This document shows, piece by piece, positions 11,730-22,739 of a DNA stretch of 64,000 bases. The notes beneath the pieces were generated by a model that worked only from the letters and a program-made list of their open reading frames with translations, searched no databases and was not told the DNA's origin. A program made the position numbers and the translations under genes. Source of the stretch: Macrostomum lignano (taxonomy: Eukaryota). The stretch spans positions 466,554-530,553 of the forward strand of contig NIVC01000553.1 in NCBI GenBank assembly GCA_002269645.1, written 5' to 3'. Within the stretch, counting starts at the first letter, position 1. Every line of letters starts with the position of its first letter.

Positions 11730-12980
11730 CAGGGAGAGACAGGCAGGGAGAGACAGGCAGGGAGAGACAGGCAGGGAGAGAGGCAGGGAGAGACAGGCAG
11801 GGAGAGAGGCAGGGAGAGACAGGCAGGGAGAGACAGGCAGGGAGAGACAGGTAGGGAGAGACAGGTAGGGAGAGACAGGTAGGGAGAGACAGGCAGGGAG
11901 AGACAGGCAGGGAGAGACAGGCAGGGAGAGACAGGTAGGGAGAGACAGGCAGGAAGAGACAGGCAGGGAGAGAGGCAGGGAGAGACAGGCAGGGAGAGAC
12001 AGGCAGGGAGAGACAGGCAGGGAGAGACAGGTAGGGAGAGACAGGTAGGGAGAGACAGGCAGGAAGAGACAGGCAGGGAGAGAGGCAGGGAGAGACAGGC
12101 AGGGAGAGACAGGTAGGGAGAGACAGGCAGGAAGAGACAGGCAGGGAGAGAGGCAGGGAGAGACAGGCAGGGAGAGACAGGTAGGGAGAGACAGGCAGGG
12201 AGAGAGGCAGGGAGAGACAGGCAGGGAGAGACAGGCAGGGAGAGACAGGCAGGGAGAGACAGGTAGGGAGAGACAGGTAGGGAGAGACAGGCAGGAAGAG
12301 ACAGGCAGGGAGAGAGGCAGGGAGAGACAGGCAGGGAGAGACAGGCAGGGAGAGACAGGCAGGGAGAGACAGGTAGGGAGAGACAGGTAGGGAGAGACAG
12401 GCAGGAAGAGACAGGCAGGGAGAGAGGCAGGGAGAGACAGGCAGGGAGAGACAGGCAGGGAGAGACAGGTAGGGAGAGACAGGTAGGGAGAGACAGGCAG
12501 GGAGAGACAGGCAGGGAGAGACAGGCAGGGAGAGACAGGCAGGGAGAGACAGGTAGGGAGAGACAGGTAGGGAGAGACAGGTAGGGAGAGACAGGCAGGA
12601 AGAGACAGGCAGGGAGAGAGGCAGGGAGAGACAGGCAGGGAGAGACAGGCAGGGAGAGACAGGTAGGGAGAGACAGGTAGGGAGAGACAGGCAGGGAGAG
12701 ACAGGCAGGGAGAGACAGGCAGGGAGAGACAGGCAGGGAGAGACAGGTAGGGAGAGACAGGTAGGGAGAGACAGGCAGGGAGAGACAGGCAGGGAGAGAC
12801 AGGCAGGGAGAGACAGGCAGGGAGAGACAGGTAGGGAGAGACAGGTAGGGAGAGACAGGTAGGGAGAGACAGGCAGGGAGAGACAGGTAGGGAGAGACAG
12901 GTAGGGAGAGACAGGTAGGGAGAGACAGGCAGGGAGAGACAGGTAGGGAGAGACAGGTAGGGAGAGACAGGCAGGGAGAA
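11730..12980. repeat. 14-bp minisatellite (GGGAGAGACAGG[C/T]A)n
   Basis: Purine-rich tandem array; source of the LSLPVSPC pseudo-ORFs. Confidence 0.97.
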
Positions 12981-13279
12981 TCAATATTCAAGTCGTATTA
13001 CAATACTTGTAGCAGCATTTCACACTAAAATAGGTAATAATTCAAAAAGAATCCAAGTACTTAAGCCGCGTGTATTTATGATAAGCCAGCAAGCTATCTG
13101 AGCGAGGAAAAGCTTCTTGCACCAAGCAAATAAGATAATGGCTTGAGGAAAATAAGAAACAAGTTAAATCCTCTGGGTTTGATTCACAAAAATGGACGGT
13201 TACTAAATAATAGATTATTTTACAGCACCGACGTAGTTTGATTATGAAAGGCAGTATAAGAAGCCACGGGGTATGGGAA

Positions 13280-14130
13280 GGTTGAGAATTGTGAAGTTTT
13301 GAAAATTGTGAAGATTGGGAAATTGTGAAGATTGGGGATTGTGAAGATTGGGGATTGTGAAGATTGGGGAATGGTGAAGATTGGGGATCGCGAAGTTTGG
13401 GAAATTGTGAAGATTGGGGATTGTGAAGGTTGGGGATTGTGAAGGTTGGGGATTGTGAAGATTGGGGATCGCGAAGTTTGGGAAATTGTGAAGTTTGGGA
13501 AATTGTGAAGTTTGGGAAATTGTGTAGATTGGGGATGGTGAAGATTGGGGATCGCGAAGTTTGGGAAATTGTGAAGTTTGGGAAATTGTGAAGTTTGGGA
13601 AATTGTGAAGATTGGGGATTGTGAAGATTGGGGATGGTGAAGATTGGGGATCGCGAAGTTTGGGAAATTGTGAAGTTTGGGAAATTGTGAAGTTTGGGAA
13701 ATTGTGAAGATTGGGGATTGTGAAGATTGGGGATTGTGAAGATTGGGGATCGCGAAGTTTGGGAAATTGTGAAGTTTGGGAAATTGTGAAGTTTGGGAAA
13801 TTGTGAAGATTGGGGATGGTGAAGATTGGGGATTGCAAAGTTTGGGAAATTGTGAAGTTTGGGAAATTGTAAAGACTGGGAAATTGTGAAGATTGGGAAA
13901 TTGTGAAGGTTTGGGAAATTGTGAAGATTGGGGAATTGTGAAGTTTGGGAAATTGTGAAGATTGGGGATTGTGAAGATTGGGGATTGTGAAGATTGGGGA
14001 TTGTGAGGATTGGGAATTGTGAAGATTGGGGATTGTGATGATTGGGGATTGTGATGATTGGGGATTGTGAAGATTGGGGATTGTGATGATTGGGGATTGT
14101 GATGATTGGGGATTGTGATGATTGGGAATT
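13280..14130. repeat. ~15-16-bp minisatellite (ATTGTGAAGATTGGGG)n
   Basis: Directly visible with variants. Confidence 0.93.
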
Positions 14131-14282
14131 TTTAAGTCTGGTGTTTGGTGTTTAAGTCCGTTGAATTTGGCAAAGGTGAAATTTCGCTTGGAGAATGTGA
14201 AAATCTTACCAAAACCACCACAAAAGTCAGGATAAGGAACTGCAGTCAGCCCTAGAAAATCTCGGTTGAAGTTTATTAAACT

Positions 14283-17200
14283 TTAAAGTTCGCCAATTAG
14301 CGAATGAAAATCAACGTCGCGACGATTTCCTCGATCAATATCGTCATCATCATCCAAGTCTGGATGGTCGCTGTCAGACTCGTCGTCGCTTGCTTCAACT
14401 TCGTCCTCACTCGGCAGAGACCGTCTTGGGCGAGTAGATTCTGGAATATATTCATATTCGGTGAATTAAGTGTGATTTTCGCCTAATATTAATATAATAA
14501 TAATTGATTACACCTGCCCTAATGGCCAGATGTGCAACTGACAGCTCAGCCGCAGCTATTGCGCGGCGCATCTGAAGGCTGCGTACGGCTGTTCAGTCCA
14601 AGGACTGGGGGGTCGCCACACACACCGTCAATTACCCCAGCTAATAGGTAAATTTTACAGCTGGGTGAACTGAAGCAATGCAGAGTTGCTAGACACCTAG
14701 ACATCTAGACACTTATGCTCCTAGACCCCTAGACCCCTAGACCCCTAGCCCCCTAGACCCCTAGACACCTAGACCCCTAGACACCTAGACCCCTAGACAC
14801 CTAGACACATAGACCCCTAGACACCTATACTTCTAGACACCTATACCCCTAGACCCCATAGACACCTAAACCCCTAGACATCTAGACACCTATATCCTTA
14901 GACACCTATACCCCTAGACACCTAGACGGACGTCTAGAACCCTGGTGACTTCTACCGTAAGATGCGCTCTTCTTCGCACCTGACAGCGTGTCGTCCTCAT
15001 CGCTGTCCTCCAGCTCATGGCTTAGGCGTCTTTTCGAAACTTTGCCCGGCTTTGCATAATTTGCTTTTGTATTCGGATTGGATGGCTTTTTCCCTTGCTC
15101 AGCTATCAGGCTGGCCAGAGCTTGTCTCTGTTCGTCTATCTGACGGACCAAGACTGGCGGATTCTGGGTCAGATCGGCGTTGACCATAGCTGCCTTGGCC
15201 GCTGTGAGCCACTTCTGTGGGAGTTTGGATCGATTTTTAAGTGCTTAATATTCCACGAAAGTGCTTTTTATTCTAAGAAATGGCTTACGGTTCTAAGAAA
15301 TGGCTTACGGTTCTAAGAAATGGCTTACGGTTCTAAGAAATGGCTTACTATTATAAGAAATTGCTTACTATTCTAAGAAATGGCTTACGGTTCTAAGAAA
15401 TGGCTTACGGTTCTAAGAAATGGCTTACTATTCTAAGAAATGGCTTACTATTCTAAGAAATGGCTTACTATTCTAAGAAATGGCTTACTATTCTAAGAAA
15501 TGGCTTACTATTCTAAGAAATGGCTAAACTATTCTAAGAAAGGGCCAATCTTAGAAATTCTAAGAAATAAGCACAAATCAAATCGGCGCCCACCTTCACA
15601 CTCCTAGTCTCGGCTATCAATTTTGAATCTTTTTCAGTTGCAGAAATGTTTGACTCCGCCAATTTTAAAACTGACTCAAGGCTAGCCAGAGCAGCTGGGC
15701 GCTTCATCAACTCGATTGCCCTGGCCGAGACGGGGGCAAAAGTTTGTTTTAATCGTTTCAACTCGGTATTCAGCATCGTTAAATTTGACGAGGATCCCGC
15801 AGCTAAAGCCTGTTCCGCCTTAGCCAAAGCAGCCAAAAGTTCTTGGCGTTCTTTTTTACTCGAGCATCTGGAGTATATCGGTTGAACTGTGCTCGAGTTT
15901 TTCATTTGGTTGCCATGGTTACCGCTGCTATCATCGCCGAACAGCCTGGCTCGATATTCGATCACCGCCGCTTCCAAATCGTTGCGAATTTTCGATGCTG
16001 CTCGGGTCTCGAGCTCGCGACGACGGAACTCGAGAATGCTGGAGATTTTTGAGGGCTCGTTTGAGATCGTCTTTCTGTCCTTAGTTTGGCAGCTTAACGC
16101 TAATCCTTCATCTGGACACCGCTACCCTCTCTCTGATCCTTCATCTGGACACCGCTACCCTCTCTCTCTGATCCTCCATCGGGACACCGCTACCCTCTCT
16201 CTGATCCTTCATCTGGACACCGCTACCCTCTCTCTGATCCTTCATCTGGACACCGCTACCCTCTCTCTGATCCTTCATCTGGACACCGCTACCCTCTCTC
16301 TGATCCTTCATCTGGACACCGCTACCCTCTCTCTGATCCTTCATCTGGACACCGCTACCCTCTCTCTGATCCTTCATCTGGACACCGCTACCCTCTCTCT
16401 GATCCTTCATCTGGACACCGCTACCCTCTCTCTGATCCTTCATCTGGACACCGCTACCCTCTCTCTGATCCTTCATCTGGACACCGCTACCCTCTCTCTG
16501 ATCCTTCATCTGGACACCGCTACCCTCTCTCTGATTCTTCATCTGGACACCGCTACCCTCTCTCTGATCCTTCATCCTTCATCCTTCATCTGAAAGAAAT
16601 ACGAATTCAACTTACACATCTCTGCTATGCTTTCGCTGTTCCACCGATGGCACGGCATAGCCATATTTTACCGGTTGAAATCTAATTGGCTGATTAGCGA
16701 TCTTATCAGCAATCAATTCGAGCTTATCTAACCATAAAATTCCGCTGCTATCGTGTCTAAAAAGTGCTCCAATGCTAATTCGCTTACTATTAGTAGAAAT
16801 ATTGGAAAAATTTGCTCTAAATTTATTTCGAATTTGATCAAACTCCATAGTGCAATATTTAACCAGAAGAGTAACACCAAGACACCTGAAACAAATAAGG
16901 ATTTACGCATTTTTAGCTATTATGTACTACAAATTGTTATGAGATAATTAGTTGCCATGCAGAAGCATTTACTTACCTTCGCTGAAATTCGTTCAAATTC
17001 GATGTATTATGGTATTCAAGTGCAATGCAAAACTCATCAGGTAAAGATGCAGCATTAGTCTCGAAGTTGATTGATTTCTTGTTTGGAATTGGATCGCCCA
17101 TTTTGAATACCGACTGACGATTGACATAAGAGCCTGTGATGTTGGCGCTCTGGTGTAATGGGGGTGAGTACCTCTTTAAGAGATTTAGCTTTCTAGCATA

Positions 17201-20200
17201 AATAGTAATATCTTTTACAGTTTCCACTAGGATCTCGACTCCATTGTCCTTTCCTCTCCTCTCCTCTCCTCTTTACTCTCTTCTCTCCCATTATCTACTC
17301 TCTACTCCACTCTCTCTTTTTATCTACTCTCCACTCTACTCTCTTCTTTATCTACTCTTTACTCTACCATATCTTTTTATCTGCTATCTACTCTACTCTA
17401 CTCTACCTTCTTCTCATATCTCTCCACTCTTCTCTCTTCTCATATCTACTCTCTACTCTACCATTTATTCTTATCTGCCCTCTACTTTATAACCTCTCCA
17501 CTAACCTACCACTCTACTCTACCTTCACTATTCTACACTTTATTCTTATCTACTCTCTTCTTTACTTTCACTTCTCACCCCACTTGCCTATTTCAACAAG
17601 CAAGGAACCGTGAGGCAAGTCAATCCGAACTCACGGCAGCCATGGAGAACAAATTGACATCAACCAATAGCATCTGCGCTGTTCCAGATTTTCTGTTAGA
17701 AAATCCGCCGTCACGTGAATGGCGCTTTCTAGCTCGATTAGTTTCCATGGCAACCAGATGCTGAACGGCTCCCAAAGCGGCAGCTTCATCAGTGTTGATC
17801 GAATGACCCAGTCTGGAGCTGCATGTAAAAAAATTGATGACTACACAAATTGAACTACTATGCTAAATAAATTAGACTAAACTAAACTAAATTAGACTAA
17901 ACTAAACTAAACTAAACTAAACCAAACTAAACTAAACAACACTAAACTAAACTAAACTAAACTGGACCAGACTAAAATGGACTAACTAAACTCAACTAAA
18001 TACTCGTAAGACAAAACTGATCTAAACTACTGTAAACCGAACTACACTAAACTAACCTAATTGAACTCAAATTAAACAAAACTCATATTAACCTCTCTGT
18101 GCCGGGGGGGGGGGGGCTTGGCGCTCATGGGTGTTATTCGCATAACAACCCCTTCCCAACCCTGCAATTTTACCTTCCCAAGAATTTTATCAGCTGCTCT
18201 TGCACCAGCGGACACCGGGATCCGCCGCCCATCAATAGCGTATCGCTGCTGCTACTACGGGTGACGTCACCAGCCAATGACGTCATCATTTCAACTGGTC
18301 GCCTCAGTCTGTTCAACAAGTCCGCAACCTTCGTTCTCAGCTGGTCTCGCGTCATCGAACCAGCTCGCCGATTGGCGCTGAGCACCCGAAATAATTGGCC
18401 GGCTTCTACTCGGGCCTTAGCAACCGAACTAGCGTCCATAGTAACCGGTGATTTTCCGGCGTTAATTAATCGTTCAATAAAATCAAAAGTGCCCAGCGCC
18501 GGGTCGTAACCAGTGCCGAGAATTCGCAGCAGGTAGGTTTGAAAATTGTTGGAACCGGTCACTTTTTGATAAGCTAAAAATATATTAGGGGGGTCAATAT
18601 CTTTTTTGGATGTACGTTATTGGATGTAGATGGTAGATTTTGAAGGCCTGTTATTGTATGTAGATGGTAGATTTTGAAGGCCTGTTATTGTATGTAGATG
18701 GTAGATTTTGAAGGCCTGTTATTGTATGTAGATGGTAGATTTTGAAGGCTTGTTATTGTATGTAGATGGTAGATTTTGAAGGCCTGTTATTGTATGTAGA
18801 TGGTAGATTTTGAAGGCTTGTTATTGTATGTAGATGGTAGATTTTGAAGGCCTGTTATTGTATGTAGATGGTAGATTTTGAAGGCCTGTTATTGTATGTA
18901 GATGGTAGATTTTGAAGGCCTGTTATTGTATGTAGATGGTAGATTTTGAAGGCCTGTTATTGTATGTAGATGATAGATTTTGAAGGCCTGTTATTGCATC
19001 TAGATGATAGATTTTGAAGGCCTGTTATTGTATCTAGATGATAGATTTTGAAGGCCTGTTATTGTATGTAGATGATAGATTTTGAAGGCCTGTTACTGTA
19101 TCTAGATGGTAGATTTTGAAGGCCTGTTATTGTATCTAGATGACAGATTTTGAAGGCCTGTTCTTGTATCTAGATGACAGATTTTGAAGGCCTGTTATTG
19201 TATCTAGATGACAGATTTTGAAGGCCTGTTCTTGTATCTAGATGACAGATTGCCTACTTGCTCTCAGGGCACTTACATGCAGCAGTGCTGACAGTAAAAG
19301 ATGCGCCTAGATCGAAGAATGTACGCGACTGAGGCTTGGAACCCAGACTTGACAAGATGCTGTTGCCATAGTTCAGAGCAACTGAAACCGAATAAGCGAG
19401 GAATCCATTTTGGTTGAAAGTTATCACTTCACCGGATCAAGCTACTTATAGTACCTAAACCAATTTCCTTAAAACTGACAAGCATAAGGACACAATTAAC
19501 ATCGAACTGACACTTGAAATGATGCACCTGACAACCAACTGACACTCAAAGCTACGGCTCTGACAACCAACTGACACTCAAAGCTACGCCTCTGACAACC
19601 CACTGACACCCAGAGCTACGCCTCTGACAACCAACTGACACCCAAAGCTACGTCTCTGACAACCAACTGACACCCAAAGCTACGCCTCTGACAACCAACT
19701 GACACCCAAAGCTACGCCTCTGACAACCAACTGACACCCAAAGCTACGCCTCTGACAACCTACTGACACCCAGAGCTACGCCTCTGACAACCAACTGACA
19801 CTCAGAGCTACGCCTCTGACAACCAACTGACACCCAAAGCTACGTCTCTGACAATCAACTGACACCCAAAGCTACGCCTCTGACAACCAACTGACACCCA
19901 AAACTACGCCTCTGACAACCAACTGACACCCAAAGCTACGCCTCTGACAACCTACTGACACCCAGAGCTACGCCTCTGACAACCAACTGACACTCAGAGC
20001 TACGCCTCTGACAACCAACTGACACCCAAAGCTACGTCTCTGACAATCAACTGACACCCAAAGCTACGCCTCTGACAACCAACTGACACCCAAAACTACG
20101 CCTCTGACAGCCTCAGTTTGGCCACAACTGACCCGCAGCGTTGTTGTTGACCAGCCGAGCAGCTGGAATCCCTGCATACTGTGCAGCGCGCAGAATGGCG

Positions 20201-21937
20201 CCACGTTCCGCTTGTCCCCAAAATGGCGGCGTTGCTATGGCAACTTCAAATTCACTTTTCGAGCCATTTCTAGTTGTAGAATTGTCCACACTATCGTCGT
20301 CTAGAAATGTTTTTGCTGTCTCGATTGCTGCTTCTAGTAGCATGGCAGACAGTTGCTCCACAGACAAGCGAAGATTTCTGTAAGTTAATGGTAACTTCTA
20401 GTGGTCCTTGAAAATGACTTGCTTCGGTTGGAATCGAATTCGAATACTTACCCACTAAGCAGAAACTCCAATGTACCGTCCGCTCCAACAACTATTCGAT
20501 GATGGGGATATCGTTGACGGTAGAGCTCCACCATGGGACTGTTTAGTTGGCAACCAAGTAGAAGCGGCAGGTGCAGAAAGGTCTGATCTGGATGCTTCTT
20601 TGCCTGCCAAAAATGCGAGTTTTACTCTGACATATTTAGCTATACAGTGATGATGAACATTTTCTGGTAAAATAACAGTACTGATAAAGAGTGTGAAACA
20701 TACCATAGACAAAGCTGAGTCACCAATAAGACGTTCACCGTCTCTGAAAGCTACCGCTGTAGACATTTTTCTCCGAGCTTCGCTAAAATTTTTACATAGA
20801 TGTTAGCCATCATGGTTGACTATAAAGACGTCTCGTGTGTCAGTATTGTTTCAATAAGATTTAACAGTAGGAATAACAAGTCGAACTACCGAGAGGAGAA
20901 CCCCCCTCTGACAATTTTTTTGCTGCCTCGCGGAACGCAGAACGTAGACACACGAAATTCAAGAACACGGAATGCTAAATGTTCGTTGCGCACCTTCTCG
21001 AACAAGAATCAAGTCGCCAGTCTTCCGGAACGTTGAGATTTTAAACGATTCTACCAGAAGGTTGGATGAATGCTCGAATAGTCTCGAGGCATTCAGTCGT
21101 CATTCAGACGTCGCCAGCTAATTCAACGGGTTGAGATTTGTACATTATTGAAGTTTGGTCAGCGACATCAAAGAAATTCGCAACAGAGTGTCCATAGTAA
21201 CCTGGTGCCATCTGTTGAAGGTCCAGAAGCTCTGTCTGTGTGACACAGTGGTCGACGTGTTAATGAAATTTGGTGGCTCGGCAAGGCTGCACTGATGTGC
21301 AGTTCTGATTGACGAACAGGGGTGCATTGAATGCACTAGAGAAAGATGACGTTTTGGCGGAATCGTTGAATATCTCGACGGTCCAGAGAGCCAGATAATA
21401 AAAAATATATATATGTACCCCCTCTCGGTAGTTCTACTGTTTATAAACAAATGACATTACCTGTTTAATGCAATCTCTAATTGTCTTCCTGGCTAAAATT
21501 TTAAACATAATATATGCATGAATAAGGAACCTGAATTATTTTGCTGGATGTAATGGCACTAAAAAATTAAGGTTAAAAATTCAAACCTTTAAGACAGCCA
21601 CTTTTATGTACTCAGAGCCAAAATCAATGCCAAGCAGAACTTTTGAACCTGAAATTCATCATGAAGAGATGCTCAGATGACTTTGCAAATCTTATAAGTT
21701 ATATATGTTGCTATGGGTTGTTACACCGCAGAATTTAGTTATGACACTAATTTTATTAGTCAATTTTATGAAAAGGCACATACGAAGAGGCACGCTTTTT
21801 ATGAACAGATATCAGTAGTTAATCAAAAAAATTAATTTGTACAGGCATTACATTTTATAGCCTTTATTCTTACCCATCCCAGTAGAAATGGTCATACTGC
21901 ATAAATATAGAACGAATAAGCAAAATTTAATAGACAT
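14283..21937 (-). CDS. HYOU1: Divergent GRP170/HYOU1-like ER Hsp70-family chaperone, ~921 aa, 14 exons
   Basis: Exons 21937-21874 (signal peptide MSIKFCLFVLYLCSMTISTG), 21648-21587 (GIDFGSEYIKVAVLK), 21492-21461 (PGRQLEIALN), 20782-20704 (EARRKMSTAVAFRDGERLIGDSA), 20603-20452, 20377-20133 (TPPFWGQAERGAILRAA), 19381-19277, 18573-18174 (GGGSRCPLVQ), 17818-17635 (SINTDEAAALGA), 17233-16977, 16885-16616, 16092-15594, 15214-14956 and 14440-14283. All junctions are GT-AG and phase-consistent (2766 nt). Acidic C-terminus ending IGEL*. Confidence 0.85.
14494..14688 (-). mobile_element. SINE-like dispersed repeat, family B copy 1 (CORE-like segment, ATT tail)
   Basis: Homologous to 33098-33265 in the opposite orientation (TGAAGGCTGCGTACGG(C/T)TGTTCAGTCCAAGGACTGGGGG). 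Contains TTTTACAGCTGGGTGAACTG, resembling the CORE-SINE domain, and ends in an ATT-rich tail. Confidence 0.55.
14690..14930. repeat. 9-bp minisatellite (CCTAGAC[A/C]C)n, HYOU1 last intron
   Basis: Directly visible. Confidence 0.9.
15270..15540. repeat. 20-bp minisatellite (TTCTAAGAAATGGCTTAC[GG/TA])n, HYOU1 intron
   Basis: Directly visible. Confidence 0.93.
16105..16575. repeat. 33-bp minisatellite (CTGATCCTTCATCTGGACACCGCTACCCTCTCT)n, HYOU1 intron
   Basis: About 14 units; 11-aa periodicity in the ORF track. Confidence 0.96.
17870..18080. repeat. (ACTAA)n degenerate microsatellite, HYOU1 intron
   Basis: Directly visible. Confidence 0.85.
18620..19250. repeat. 34-bp minisatellite (GTAGATGGTAGATTTTGAAGGCCTGTTATTGTAT)n, HYOU1 intron
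   Basis: Directly visible. Confidence 0.95.
19530..20110. repeat. 32-bp minisatellite (CTGACAACCAACTGACACCCAAAGCTACGCCT)n, HYOU1 intron
   Basis: Directly visible. Confidence 0.95.
20883..21434. mobile_element. Putative non-autonomous DNA element (MITE-like) in HYOU1 intron 3
   Basis: Perfect 14-bp inverted repeat GAACTACCGAGAGG (20883-20896) / CCTCTCGGTAGTTC (21421-21434). No clear TSD. Confidence 0.35.
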
Positions 21938-22739
21938 TATTGCAATAAATCGAATGAGTTTTTAGCCTCTATAGCGCTGTTAAGTAATTCTTAAATATAA
22001 TCACTTGGTAATTAATTCAGGGCAAAATAATCACACGGGGTACATAAAAATGTTTTAGATAAAATTAAAAACTTAGTCTTAGAAAGATAAAGATTTACAA
22101 TTTTACATGTACATTTTTCCTCCTAAAAGGTAAGATAAAGACTTGCAGTAATTTTTATCTAGGATAAATGTTTCGTCTGAATGAATTAAAACTCCTCCTA
22201 ACAGCCGAGTAAACTATTAAAACACTGCGTACGCGACGACAGTCGAAGGAAAAATGTATTGAGTTAAAAGCGAGCGCATTGTGACACGTAATTTTGAAAT
22301 TGCGCGCGATGTATTTACACGAAAACTGGTTAAACAAATCCTCTGTTGCTTTGCAAATTTTTTTAACATTTAAAACTCTATGGTTCATAATTTAGAGCTT
22401 TATAAAGTAACTCCTATATTCTCGTGTGCTTTTTGTGTCTGTTTTTGTGTGCGTAGTCTTAAAACGCTCAAGCGAATGTCATGTCACACTACACGAACCA
22501 GTCTTTTAATCGAAGTTAATGGTGATCTTCACCACGGTCAAATCTTAATTTTACTTTGTTAATTCTCTACGAACTATAATTAAGCTTATACTATCACTTA
22601 ATAAATACTGCTTTTCGCAGGCCTAGGCCTAGCTTTTCTTATATACTATAAATTTCAAACAACTGGAATTGTCTTTGGCTTTGTTTCTCTTGTCCATCTA
22701 TCTCTATCTGAGCTTCTACTATACCTAGCCAGTGTAAAA

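Noticed and set aside
11609-12991. Long ORFs of 420-460 aa (LSLPVSPC...)
   Set aside because: Stop-free translations of a 14-bp purine/pyrimidine repeat, open in several frames.
4332-21937. Apparent secretory-pathway gene cluster (M6PR-like, glycosyltransferase, GRP170)
   Set aside because: Secretory genes are common, an unrelated gene is interspersed and orientations differ; nothing shows functional clustering.
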